This document shows, one piece after another, positions 48,401 through 60,000 of a stretch of 60,000 nt of DNA. Source of the DNA: Amphiscolops sp. MND2022 (Eukaryota); the NCBI GenBank assembly GCA_964187785.1, contig OZ076409.1:79920001-79980000 (forward strand). Reading direction: 5' to 3'. The notes below the pieces were generated by a model. It was not told the DNA's origin and ran no database searches. It saw nothing but the letters and a program-made list of their open reading frames with translations. Numbering within the stretch: position 1 is the first letter of the stretch; each line of letters begins with the position of its first letter. Made by a program: the position numbers and the translations under genes.

Positions 48401-49049
48401 CAGTTAAATTCGGCCTGACATTAAAATATGGTAAATTTTGATAAAATAATTCGTTTCGATTGGTTAGAGTTTTCAGAGGCAGGCTGTGAGAGGGCACCTC
48501 GAACCGAACTCCAAATCAAAAAGAGCAGTTAATTTAAAATGTCAATTTGCTAGTTGTTAATAAATACAAACTGTATCAAAAGAATAATCTCGAAGACCAT
48601 TAACCACATGGTCTAATCTAGAATACAGTATTGCTTGCACTACATTGTTTTCATCTGAACATTGCCAGCTACAACATGGCGCTGCGAGATATTATGGACT
48701 CCAACGGAAGGGCAGCAACCAGCGGTCCGTCAGCATTGGCGGGATTGCCACCATACTGGGATCAGCACAGTGCCCCCCCCTAAACTAGAATGGGAAAAAT
48801 GGTGGGACATCTTTGTAGTGGCAAAGTAAAGTTGAAAATAAAGTTGAATTGTCGCCAGACTTAAAGCGCATTCAGCAAAAGTTTCCCAACATTTTTTCAC
48901 GTAAAGGAAAAATTGCCGGCCACAGTATAAAGATCGAATTTAAAGTAGGAGCGAAGATCACTCAACAGAAAGGTAGACGAGTACCACTCCAACTTCAAAA
49001 AGCAGTGGATGCTGAAAGTATCCAGACTGAATAATTGGGATACAAAGTA

Positions 49050-51170
49050 TCAGCAGCTGGAATCCGACCAATAATTTTAGAAATTTTGTATACGGCACCG
49101 AATTCGAGGTAGTTTCAGATCATAAGGCGTTGACAACTATCCTACGCGATAATCGAGCTAATAGAACTTATTCGTCAAGATTAACGCGGTGGGTAGACCG
49201 CTTACTACCGTTTCAATTCACTGTAGTTCATGCACCAGGTCGAACAATGGGTATCGCAGATTACTTATCACGCCACCCATCCGAAAACGCAAGTAACATA
49301 CACAAAATGGTGAATTCCCAAATAGCATAAGAGCTAATAACATAAAACAAAATTAGTTTCAAATAACAAAAATGAAATGGGTTTCACTAAACATAAAAAC
49401 AAATATGTTTACGAGAAAGTTTTAGTGGTCAAAAGCATTCACAAATCAAAAGATTCACTGAAAAAAGTGTGGAAATTACAGATAAAATTTTCTGATTTCG
49501 AATATTTAACCGGGTATTCGGTTTTATTTTTATGTTATTTGAAACTAATTTCATTTTTATGTTATTTGACACTAATTTTGTTTTTATGTTATTTGCACTT
49601 ATGCTATTTGGTACGTAATCCACAAAATTAAAGCAGAAGAAAGGTGGAATAATTGGTTTACTGTAAACGAAATAACCAAAAATAAATTTGTTACAGATAC
49701 GTCACAAACACAAAACGCGAGAGAACAGCCAGTAGCACCGCACGCAGCGAACGACAGCCAATGGCAAGGCAGCAACAATTCATCAAGTGAGAGCGAAACG
49801 ACAAAAGCAAGCGACAATTGCCAAACAAACAAACACGAATTGCCATAAATAAACAAACACTCAACGAAATTGCCACAATCATTTAACACGTCAAAAGTCA
49901 GCGAAGCCGAACAATCGAGCGAAATGATGAGCGAGGAATTCCGCCACGCAGCAAACCAACCGCCACTAAAAGTACCTATGTGCTATAGTGTCAATCAGAT
50001 CGAAGTCCTAAAAACGTTGGGCAATTTTACATTCGCCGCAGAATACGAGACCGATGAATTCATTCAAAAAATCGTGGCTCTCCTCAAGAAGCCCGATAGC
50101 ACCAAAATAAATCGCCTTCCCACCCCTTGGAGGGAAAAGTTTCGCTGTTTGAGCCTCGATCCAAACGATTTTATATACATGGACGAGCGTTTAGTTATTC
50201 CCAAAGCGTTACGCCAAATTATCATTCGTTCTTTACATTACGGACATCCCGGCAGGGACACGATGTTAGCGACCGTTTCAAACGTGTGGTGGCCACGACT
50301 ACACCGGGAGGTCGTCAATCTAGCAAAATCATGTCCACAATGCCAAAATGCAGGTAAGAACATTAAACCATTACTAACGCAAAAACAATTCGGAAAACTA
50401 CCAAAGGTAAGTGAGATAAATCAAGAAATCGCAATAGATTTTGCCGGTCCTTTTAAAAACGCACCCGCAGCAAAACAATATCTGTTAGTTTCAGTGGATC
50501 ACTTGTCGGGGTGGCCAGAGGCTAAATTTTTAAGAAAGCCTACGACAGAAAAAGTTATTGAGTTCCTTAAGAAGTACATAGCGAGACATGGCATTCCAAA
50601 AAGCATTAGGACCGACCCGGCGACTATTTTTTGCAGTAAACGATTCAAAACATTTTGCGCAAACCGCTTCATTATAAACGAAAGACTACGCACGAACAAA
50701 CAAATCATACTGGAAAGGGACCATTCAGGTCTATCCGAAATCCTATTTGCTCTGCGCATGTATCCAACGAGAAATGGCAAGTCGCCGTACAAAAAATACG
50801 TCGGAATAGATCCGAACACTGTCAAAAAACTGGTAACAAGTCGTGAATCTCCTATTTCAGAATCATCAGAAGTCAAACTGTCGCCATCTGATTTCGAGTC
50901 TCGGCAAGACTCTACCATTTTCGTCAGGGAGCGGGTCCGAGGGACCAAACTAGAAAGCGCGTACAAGAAGCGAAAAGGAACACTTCTCGACCAATCACAA
51001 CATACCATCACGTTCTTGCCAGCAGGAAAATCCCAAGAAACAATTATATCTAAAAGAGATATCGCTAAGGCAGACAGACAATGGGGGCCAGGTAACGAAC
51101 AGCCATGCAGCTCACGAGAAGCAGACAGGCAGCTAAATCAACTACGAGAACAACTAGCACAACAAGTACT
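49050..51170 (+). pseudogene. Gypsy RNase H/integrase remnant
   Basis: SDHKAL...LTRWVDRLLPFQF...ADYLSR; HYGHPG...CPQC; IDFAGP; TDPAT; deletion through the catalytic-E region. Confidence 0.9.
49309..49621. mobile_element. MITE with GG...CC ends and 7-bp TSD, inserted in pol
   Basis: Inverted CCAAATAGCATAAG / CTTATGCTATTTGG; ACAAAAT at 49302-49308 and 49622-49628; removing it restores SNIHKIKAEERWNNWF. Confidence 0.85.
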
Positions 51171-51760
51171 AACACAATTTTAGTGAACTTTTATTGAAAT
51201 TTGAGTTTTTTTTCGAAAATTGAGTAACTTAGAATAAATATTTTTGGATTTTTTTTCATTGGGAGACATTCTATAATCTCCCGAACCTGCTGAATTGTTT
51301 TGATCGACAATTTTTTTCCGAATCAGAAAAACTACACTATATTTTGTGTCTATGAGCACTGAAGTTTATGTATTACAATAGGCTATAAGAATTGCATTTA
51401 GAAAATTGATGGTTTCCATTTGAAATCGAAAAAGTTTTTCAATCAAATCATATCAGCATCCTCAGGAGCATTGGGGGCAAATCATTGACTGGAAGTTTTT
51501 CAAAAATCTTTTTTCAACTTTGTGAAAATCAAGAAAAAGTGCAAATTCGATCAAACTTTGTCAAAATTTGCAATTTCTAACTTTTGTATTTTTTGTCACA
51601 AAAATTTCAAACAAACATTTTTGTAAACTAGATAAAATTCTAAGAAACTTTCCTAGCTGACACTTTTTTGTGTTTGTGACAGTTTTCAAGAAATTTGGAT
51701 TTGAAATTCGCAATTTTAAGCATTGGAGTTACAATATTTTAGAACGCTACTGTAGACGCG

Positions 51761-51862
51761 GCAAACACTGGCGAACTGGCAAGTCAAGAAGAATTTGCAA
51801 ACACCGGCAAACAGGCAAGTCAAGAAGAATTGGCAAACACCGGCGAACAGGCAACTCTAGAA
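51761..51862 (+). repeat. 36-bp coding tandem repeat x~3 in the pol C-terminal tail
   Basis: GCAAACAC(T/C)GGC(G/A)AAC(T/A)GGCAAGTCAAGAAGAATT; encodes ANTGELASQEEF-like units leading into ORF 51830-52360. Confidence 0.8.
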
Positions 51863-52616
51863 CTAACCAATCACAGCGAGTCTTCACGCTCATTGGACAA
51901 TACCGCGGCTCAAGCGGAGAAGAGTGGAGACGAAATAGCAATAAAACACGCCGAAGATAACAGACCCCTAACCACCACAAAAGTGGAGATAAAGAAAAAG
52001 AAGTCAGCTTTAAAACAGCTGAGGGAAAAAGCCAGGCGAAAACAAAGGAAACCGAAAAGCAAACCACTCCCAAAGATCCCAGAAAACGAGAGCCCCCCAG
52101 TAATCGATTTAATTGAATCTGATGAAGAAGAAGAGGAGATGAGACAAGAAGAACAAGATCACATCAAACAAGAGAATACAAGAGAAAACAACCTGAACGA
52201 TACAAAAAACGAAATAGACCGATCAAACATGCCACCATGGCGAGACACAGTACAGGAACGTAGACGAGGAGGACGAAACCGCCAGAAAACAGACTTCTTT
52301 GGCCATAACGTCATGGTGACCAAAATCGACGGGCCCCAAGGCGATGAACAAAAAGAATAAACCAGAAATCTTTAGCACAAGGGCTAACGAAATCAAGAAA
52401 CTGGAAAAACAAAAAAAAACTGAGAAAGCAGAAACGTATATTATTACCGGTATTCTCAAATACCTATTTGTGTTTAATTGTCAAGTATTACATGGCAAAT
52501 TACATTTGAGTTTGTACAGTATTTATATTATTTATTACAAGTTGTACACTAACATTAAACGGAGGGATGTGAGAGGGCAGTTAATTTAAAATGTCAATTT
52601 GCAAGTTGTTAATAAA

Positions 52617-53409
52617 TAAGGTTGTACCGGAATCCGGTATCCGGTTTGAATATCCGGGTAATTTTAGAATATCCGGTATCCGGTTATCCGGTATCCGGTA
52701 AGAAAAAAATAGCCGGATACCGGATAGTAAAAAAAAACATTTTTTATTGATAAATTTGTCTTTTAAAGAACAAAATTATACAATCAATTATTTTATGTTT
52801 TTTACAAAACCCAAATTATCATGTAAAAAAACCATTTTCTCAGACATTTCTGGCTTCAGACGATTTCTTCTCTGCGATAGAACGTTGCTGCATGTGGAGA
52901 ATACCCGTTCACTTCTGACCGATCCAGGTGGCGCTGATAGATATTTTTTGGCAGTAGCTTTCAGCAGAGGGAATCGGCTTTCTTGTTTCTTAACAGGTTA
53001 TAGCCCGGGATCACTAAAGAAATGGATGCACAATCACCAGACACATCCTTCGTAAATTGTTCACAGGGTTTAAGAACTTTGATAAGTTTCTCAAGAAGTA
53101 CCCATTGATTACTTGTTAATTTTGGAATGTTGGAGTCAGCTGAATAGAGACTTAACGTTCTGTCCACATCCAGGCTGCAAGCACTTCGCCTTGTGGTCGG
53201 GCTCCGCCGAAAAAAATTTCCAGATGTTTCCCTTGCGTTTATCCATATCTTACTTCTGAAAAAAATCAGTCGTAAATACAAATAATACAAATAAATGAAG
53301 TTGCATTTAATTTATCCTGTTATCCGGTATCCGGTTAATATCCGGTAGAAAAATGCCCGGATTATCCGGTATCCGGAATCCGGTAAAATACAATCCGGTT
53401 ACAACTCTA
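52617..53409 (-). mobile_element. hAT deletion derivative inserted in the 3' LTR
   Basis: 8-bp TSD TTAATAAA (52609-52616, 53410-53417); imperfect TIR TAAGGTTGTACCGG / CCGGTTACAACTCTA; TATCCGG subterminal arrays; remnants WVLLEKLIKVLKPCEQFTKDVS and KYLSAPPGSVRSERVFS...RRNRLKPE. Confidence 0.92.
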
Positions 53410-53699
53410 TTAATAAATACAAACTGTATCAAAAGAATAATCTCGAAGACCATTAACCACATGGTCTAATCTAGAATACAGTATTGCTTGCACTACATTG
53501 TTTTCATCTGAACATTGCCAGCTATAACACAGGCTTTTTGTCGGACGAAAGATATCATGGACATATTCCGTCCCTCTGACTTCTCATAGCAACGAAAAGT
53601 ATTTCAAAGGTGAAATTAATCATGAATAATTTTGGTCCCAATGTTATTTGCACTTAAATGAAAATACTGATTCTTCCAAGTGATCGTTAAATAGGGCTA

Positions 53700-53995
53700 A
53701 GCTAATCAGAATGCAAGAAAGCGAGAAAAGATTGAATACGAAAGTATTAACCGTTCACGAGCCTGTGCACAATTTGAGTCAAAGTGAACAAGTTGCCAAA
53801 TTACCAGAAAGCAAATTAATGGCGTGTCGAAACGATTTGGCAAATTCTAGAATTAGCCGGTTCTATGTCCAGGCCAATTACGAAGCGGATAAAACTATCC
53901 AAAAGGTAATAAAGCTTGTTAAAGAGCGAAACGCGACTGTAGTTTCCCGTCTTCCCCCTCCCTGGAGGGAAAAATTTAACGCATTCAGCATCGAC
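53700..53995 (+). pseudogene. Gypsy pol fragment (pre-integrase linker)
   Basis: SRISRFYVQANYEADKTIQKVIKLVKERNATVVSRLPPPWREKFN, paralogous to ORF 58082-58618. Confidence 0.75.
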
Positions 53996-53997
53996 AT

Positions 53998-54435
53998 TCA
54001 GGTAGTTGTTTTCTTACAGTTTAAGATATGTATATGGTTTCCACGACACATGTATAATGATATGGTCCTACTTTCCACAGTCGCTTTCGTGGCCATCGAA
54101 CAGTGAATGCTATTTTGGTGGAATCCAGGACAATATGCTCAAATTGGTGGAAACCAGGACAATACAGTCAGATTTAAATATTGACGTACTACCCCCTTTG
54201 GTAGTTGTTTTCTTACAGTTTAAGATTAGTATGCGGTTTCCACGACACATGTATAACGATATGGTGCTACTTTCCACAGTCGTTTTAGTACCATTCAAGA
54301 ACTAGCTCATTCGTGAAATGCTTTCGAAAAATGGCAGTTGATGAAAATCTGCCATATTTTGACAAAAAGACAATTATGAACAAATGCCATTTTACATCAA
54401 ATTGCCTTGCCAACTTGTTTTCAATGTTTTGTTTT
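53998..54435 (+). repeat. Modular repeat family, forward copy
   Basis: Two core modules (~54001, ~54200); near-identical to 59240-59520. Confidence 0.85.
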
Positions 54436-55113
54436 AATTAGACTAGGACATCGTTAGCCAAATTTACTGGCTCTAGCTCTACTTTTTTGTCCACGAGTAT
54501 TTGTGCAATATATAATTCATCTTCCTCTCTCTGCGCGTTTCTCGGTCTACGGTAACTCAAACAATTTAGAGCTTTGCATCGAAAATGACTGTATATGAAT
54601 AAAATTAATTGATCATCTAAATACAAAAATATATATGAAAAGAACAAATCAACAAGTTTCTTCTGTTGAAGCAGTAGTGAAAGAGTGGCTCGAGAGGGCT
54701 TATAATTTCTTCTTTGGATTTCTGCTGTACTGGATTTGATTTCAGGGGTACTGGTTGTGTTTAGAGCTGAGCCCTAAAAGGCTTGACGTGAAGATTATTG
54801 TTCGGTCTCCAGATGTCATCGAAAATGATCTCTTCATCGTACGTGTTTTTTTGGGTAACTTCGTACTTTGTTTTCCCGTTGGGGTAGAACACTTGGCAGT
54901 AGTAGCAAAACCCAACTTTGCGTGGGGCATGCGACTTTCCAGGTAATTTGTTAACTCCGTTTTCGCCATTTTGTGAGATGACTTTATCCATTGAAGCAAG
55001 AAGCGAAAATGAGTACAGATGTATGAATTGTGGAGAGAGACTGGGTGCAGAAGAGGGTTTGCGGAGAGACCGAGTACAGATGACCTGGTAAGAGAGGCTG
55101 ATTGATGGCAGAA

Positions 55114-55895
55114 CGAGAGACTGAATGATGACAAAAAAGAATAGAGACTGGATCGTTTGAGTTTGTTTGGCAAGAATGAAAGAAATGTAATTGAAAGCCA
55201 AACTTTTTGGTTAACCCTTATTGGTTGAAATACTGCTTTGATGTCAGAATAAAGTTAGATTAAAGTGTTTGGTTCTAATTATTTAATTGTAAATGGCTTT
55301 TACCATGCCGTCTTTTTCAAAGGTAATTGTATTTCGTCATTAATTGCGCAAAATGCCCCCTCCCCAAGCGACCGCAGGGGAAAATAAGACACAAGGTTTA
55401 ATTCTGACTGTATTGTAGTACGTCAAAATTTAAAATCTATAATGCCGTCCTATGGTCAAGGAAAAATTTCTCAATGTTTGAATGGCGTTTTCGAATAACA
55501 TGGCGTTTAATATTATCTAGCTTGTCATCAAAATCTGGCAGATTTTGATAAACTGCCATTTTCGTAGTATCACATTCAACGAATGAGCTAAAACGACTGT
55601 GGAAAGTAAGACCCTAACTTTATACATGTGTCGTGGAAACCGCATACTAATCTTAAACTGTGAGAAAACAACTACCAAAGGGGGTAGTACGTCAATATTT
55701 AAATCTGACTGTATTGTCCTGGTTTCCACCAACTTGAGCATATTGTCCTGGATTCCACCAAAATAGCATTCACTGTTCGATGGCCACGAAAGCGACTGTG
55801 GAAAGTAGGACCATATCATTATACATGTGTCGTGGAAACCATATACATATCTTAAACTGTACGAAAACAACTACCAAAGGGGGTGGTAGTACGTC
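55114..55895. repeat. Left arm of a long near-perfect inverted duplication (partner 59222-60000, running off the window)
   Basis: Window end ...CATTCAGTCTCTCG is the reverse complement of CGAGAGACTGAATG at 55114; ORFs 55517-55870(-) and 59244-59597(+) are near-identical. Confidence 0.92.
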
Positions 55896-56154
55896 AAAAA
55901 TTAAATCTGACTGTATTGACAGTTGACCATTCAACAATGATGGTTGAAATTTCAAACAAAAACCATTGTTTTTTTGCAAAAAGTCAAGAAACATTTGTTT
56001 CTACCAAATTGAACCATTTCGAGTTGTTTTGGAGATATGAGACTGCGAAATTAGCCTTTTTGAGACCCGATGGAGGCCACGTTCTTGCCGTGGGTCTTGT
56101 CAAGTGTCAACCAATCTCTGTGAACTTTGTTCATAGGTGAATGTCGTGTCCGAC

Positions 56155-58800
56155 ATTTTCCCATGTTATTTTCAACATGCGTCAAATTTTCAAGTCACTG
56201 ACAGCGTAGTTCTTATATGAAATAAAAACAGTCGTAATGAATACTGAAAAAAGACTCAATTTAGATTTACATCAAAACCATTCATTGCAAAATGATTTGA
56301 TTGGTTACCAGTGGACCAATAAAGTAATACACAATCTACATAAGGATAACTTCAACTAAAATTGCACATGTATGTAGAATAACACTGTAGTTTACATGTA
56401 CGTTAACAATGTGTTTGTTTCAGGTTTTTAGGTTTCTTCGTCTATTTTTCTTCGGCAACATCATCTTGATCAATTGTCTTCATGAAATTGTGGCCCAACC
56501 AGTCGGGCTTCTTGGTTTTGCGTGCAGATTTACGGGTTGTCGGGTTCTTGTGGCTGATCTCCCATTCCACATTCGCCTTTAGTGGGGATGTCTTTGTTTC
56601 TTCATGCGCAGACTCAAGTATAGCGGTGTTCTCTCGATGTGCATGTTCCGCTTGCTTTTCGGCTTTTCCGCTTTGCTCGTTGTTATCCAGCCACCAACTG
56701 CATCCGGGTGCTCCCATTTCTTCGCTACTTGACGGATCTGGTACAATCGTTGCCCTCTTTTGACCTGGCACTTTTGCTTGTTTTGGCTTTGTGTCCGATT
56801 GTGGCGATTTGGGCTTCTTGGTCTTGCGTGCAGATTTTTGGGTTGTCGGGTTCTTGTGGCTGATCTCCCATTCCACATTCGCCTTTAGTGGGGATGTGTT
56901 TGTTTCTTCATGCGCAGACTCAAGTATAGCGGTGTTCTCTCGATGTGCATGTTCCGCTTGCTTTTCGGCTTTTCCGCTTTGCTCGTTGTTATCCAACCAC
57001 CAACTGCATCCGGGTGCTCCCATTTCTTCGCTACTTGACGGATCTGGTACAATCGTTGCCCTCTTTTGACCTGGCACTTTTGCTTGTTTTGGCTTTGTGT
57101 CCGATTGTGGCGATTTGGGCTTCTTGGTCTTGCGTGCAGATTTTTGGGTTGTCGGGTTCTTGTGGCTGATCTCCCATTCCACATTCGCCTTTAGTGGGGA
57201 TGTCTTTGTTTCTTCATGCGCAGACTCAAGTATAGCGGTGTTCTCTCGATGTGCATGTTCCGCTTGCTTTTCGGCTTTTCCGCTTTGCTCGTTGTTATCC
57301 AGCCACCAACTGCATCCGGGTGCTCCCATTTCTTCGCTACTTGACGGATCTGGTACAATTGTTGCCCTCTTTTGACTTGGCACTTTTGCTTGTTTTGGCT
57401 CTTTGTCCGATTGTGGCGATTTGGTCAGTTTGGATCTCTGTAGGGCCACATCCCTCTTCGAATAGATCACTGTCGTTCCCTTCTTGGGCAAAATTGAGAT
57501 GGAAGGGCTCGCCTCGCCAATAATTTTCCCTTTCTTCTTTTTGTAGGCGCCTTCTAAGTTTGACCCGCGCACTCGCTCTCTGACCAGAATGGTCGAATCC
57601 ACTTCTTCGCTGAAGTCCGCTGGGCTCAATTCAATTTTCGGGTCGGCTTCTGAAATGAATTTTTCAACATAACTCTCTTTATTGTATTAGGTTTTCTGTT
57701 CAAATGCCGTTCAAAGGCCGATTTCCCATCTGCGCCTTATTGGTTCCTTAGTGCAAATAAAATCCTGGACAGTCCTATATTATCCCTTGTTAAAACTGTA
57801 TCTTTGTCTATTCTCAACCAGTTATGGTTCATTTATATTTCTAATCATCCTTTCGACTTTTCCGTTCACGCGGTGGTCTCGGGCACACTACTTGTTCAAT
57901 GCAAAACTCCTTACAAAATTGGTTACATTTCTGACTTTTGAGCACAGTGCCAGGATCGATTCGAATTCTACGCGGATTCTGTTTTTTGAAATATACTCAT
58001 TCAGAAATTCGACTACCCTGTGTGCCGTTGTATCCGGTAGGAACATGGAATCTGGACATCCAGTATTATTATCGACGGAGACTACGGGTAGTATGTTGTT
58101 CTTTTTGTTTTTAGCCCTGCGAAATCTAGTGAGATTTTTGCATTAGGTACTTCCGGATTTGTCAATTTCCAAAACCCATTTTGAGATTGTAAACATTTTA
58201 AATTTTTACCTGATTGGCTACATTGCAGGCAATTTTTCGCTTTTTCGACAATTTCGCGGTGGATACGCGGCCACCAAACATCGGCTGCTTCACGAAGCAT
58301 AGCGTCCCTGCCTGCGTGTCCGAAATGTATGGCACTGAGCATGTTATCTCTCATGTCTTTTGGAATGACCAATCTTTCCTCCATGTATAATAACCCATTA
58401 TTGTCTAAACTGAGCGAATTGAACTTTTCTCGCCATGGAGGGGGTAGTCTTGAAATTTGTGTTGCATTGCGTTCCTTCAGTAGTCCGATAATTTTTTGTA
58501 AGGTTCTGTCCTTGTCGTAATTAGCTCTGACGTATACTTTGCTAATTCGTGAAGAACTCAAATCTCGGTCACTTTCATTGAAGTTATCCATTTCTATCGG
58601 ATTGGCGTAAGAATTCAATTTGCCGTTTTGGTCAAACTTTGAACGCTGATTAATATTGTCAAAATGTTTACACTCTCGTCACATACGTGTACATGTACTT
58701 TACGCTTTGTGCTGTGTAGCTGTCACACGTTTTGATTAGTCCGTTTCGTTTCGTCAATAACGTTTGTTCTTTCCCTTTTGTGAATTCTTCTGCGTCTATG
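56155..58800 (-). mobile_element. Gypsy element 3' fragment (integrase, repeat-expanded tail, possible PPT/LTR start)
   Basis: HFGHAG...CLQC, SLDFAG, DSTILVRERVRGS; GGGGAAAA then TGTCGGACAC on minus at ~56163-56146. Confidence 0.75.
56505..57425 (-). repeat. 306-bp in-frame tandem repeat x3 (102 aa) in ORF 56442-57629
   Basis: KSPQSD..PKQAKVP.QKRATIVPDPSSSEEMGAPGCSWWLDNNEQ...KSARKTKKP three times, near-identical. Confidence 0.95.
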
Positions 58801-58818
58801 GTGAACCAACATTTAAAC

Positions 58819-59133
58819 GGTGAATTCCCAAATAACATAAGAGCAAATAACATGAAAACAAAATACCTTTCAAATAACATAAAAATGAAATGGTTTACTA
58901 AACATAAAAATAAAATTGTTCAGGAGAAAGTTTCAGCTGTCAAAAGCATTCGCAATTCAAAAGATTCACTGAAAAAAGTGTGGAAATTACAGATAAAATT
59001 TTCTGATTTCGAATATTTAACCGGGTATTCGGTTTTATTTTTATGTTATCTGAAACTAATTTCAGTTTTATGTTATTTGACACTAATTTTGTTTTTATGT
59101 TATTTGCACTTGTTATTTGGTACGTAATCAGCC
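58819..59133. mobile_element. Second copy of the 7-bp-TSD MITE
   Basis: Highly similar to 49309-49621; TTTAAAC at 58812-58818 and 59134-59140. Confidence 0.82.
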
Positions 59134-59221
59134 TTTAAACATCTCCCCTGATTTTAAAGATGCATTCAAAATTAGGCAAAATTTCCATGACACTAATACG
59201 GTATATCAAAATTTACATATT

Positions 59222-60000
59222 GACGTACTACCCCCTTTGGTAGTTGTTTTCGTACAGTTTAAGATATGTATATGGTTTCCACGACACATGTATAATGATA
59301 TGGTCCTACTTTCCACAGTCGCTTTCGTGGCCATCGAACAGTGAATGCTATTTTGGTGGAATCCAAGACAATATGCTCAAAATGGTGGAAACCAGGACAA
59401 TACAGTCAGATTTAAATATTGACGTACTACCCCCTTTGGTAGTTGTTTTCTTACAGTTTAAGATTAGTATGCGGTTTCCACGACACGTGTATAAAGTTAG
59501 GGTCTTACTTTCCACAGTCGTTTTAGCTCATTCGTTGAATGTGATACTACGAAAATGGCAGTTTATCAAAATCTGCCAGATTTTGATGACAAGCTAGATA
59601 ATATTAAACGCCATGTTATTCGAAAACGCCATTCAAACATTGAGAAATTTTTCCTTGACCATAGGACGGCATAATAGATTTTAAATTTTGACGTACTACA
59701 ATACAGTCAGAATTAAACCTTGTGTCTTATTTTCCCCTGCGGTCGCTTGGGGAGGGGGCATTTTGCGCAATTAATGACGAAATACAATTACCTTTGAAAA
59801 AGACGGCATGGTAAAAGCCATTTACAATTAAATAATTAGAACCAAACACTTTAATCTAACTTTATTCTGACATCAAAGCAGTATTTCAACCAATAAGGGT
59901 TAACCAAAAAGTTTGGCTTTCAATTACATTTCTTTCATTCTTGCCAAACAAACTCAAACGATCCAGTCTCTATTCTTTTTTGTCATCATTCAGTCTCTCG
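59222..60000. repeat. Right arm of the long inverted duplication
   Basis: Reverse complement of 55114-55895. Confidence 0.92.

Larger units (their letters stand above)
48485..53529 (+). mobile_element. Internally deleted Gypsy LTR retrotransposon with both LTRs and TSD
   Basis: 5' LTR 48485-48676 (TGTGAGAG...CAACA), PBS TGGCGCTGCGAG 48677-48688, PPT AAACGGAGGGA, 3' LTR 52568-53529 (interrupted), 5-bp TSD CAGGC at 48480-48484 and 53530-53534. Confidence 0.93.

Noticed and set aside
47877..59700. CRISPR-like array from the modular repeats
   Set aside because: Intervening sequences are themselves repeated rather than unique spacers, there are no cas genes and the context is eukaryotic

Overview
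AT-rich, repeat-dense eukaryotic (metazoan-like) genomic DNA with spliceosomal GT-AG introns; it is not prokaryotic and has no CRISPR array or rRNA. The one clear host gene is the 3' part of a multi-exon full-size ABCB/MDR (P-glycoprotein) transporter (+, 8515-21642; its 5' exons are not in the window). Most other recognisable features are mobile DNA. These include a family of Helentron/HINE-like non-autonomous elements, some carrying a tRNA-like A/B-box module, nested hAT derivatives with 8-bp TSDs, a decayed IS630/Tc1 transposase and several MITEs. There is also a frameshifted zinc-finger plus tyrosine-recombinase (Crypton-like) gene at 23865-26098, and several Gypsy LTR elements. The most striking structure is a >14-kb Gypsy element (32211-46241, minus strand). 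Between pol and its 3' LTR it appears to carry an antisense, intron-containing ~1300-codon zinc-finger/hAT-like gene plus a divergently transcribed CxxC accessory ORF, and its LTR encodes a ~195-codon ORF that runs out through the LTR end. Two adjacent perfect hairpins at 6063-6244 look like a DNA-repair or excision scar. All coordinates were read by eye and no database searches were run.
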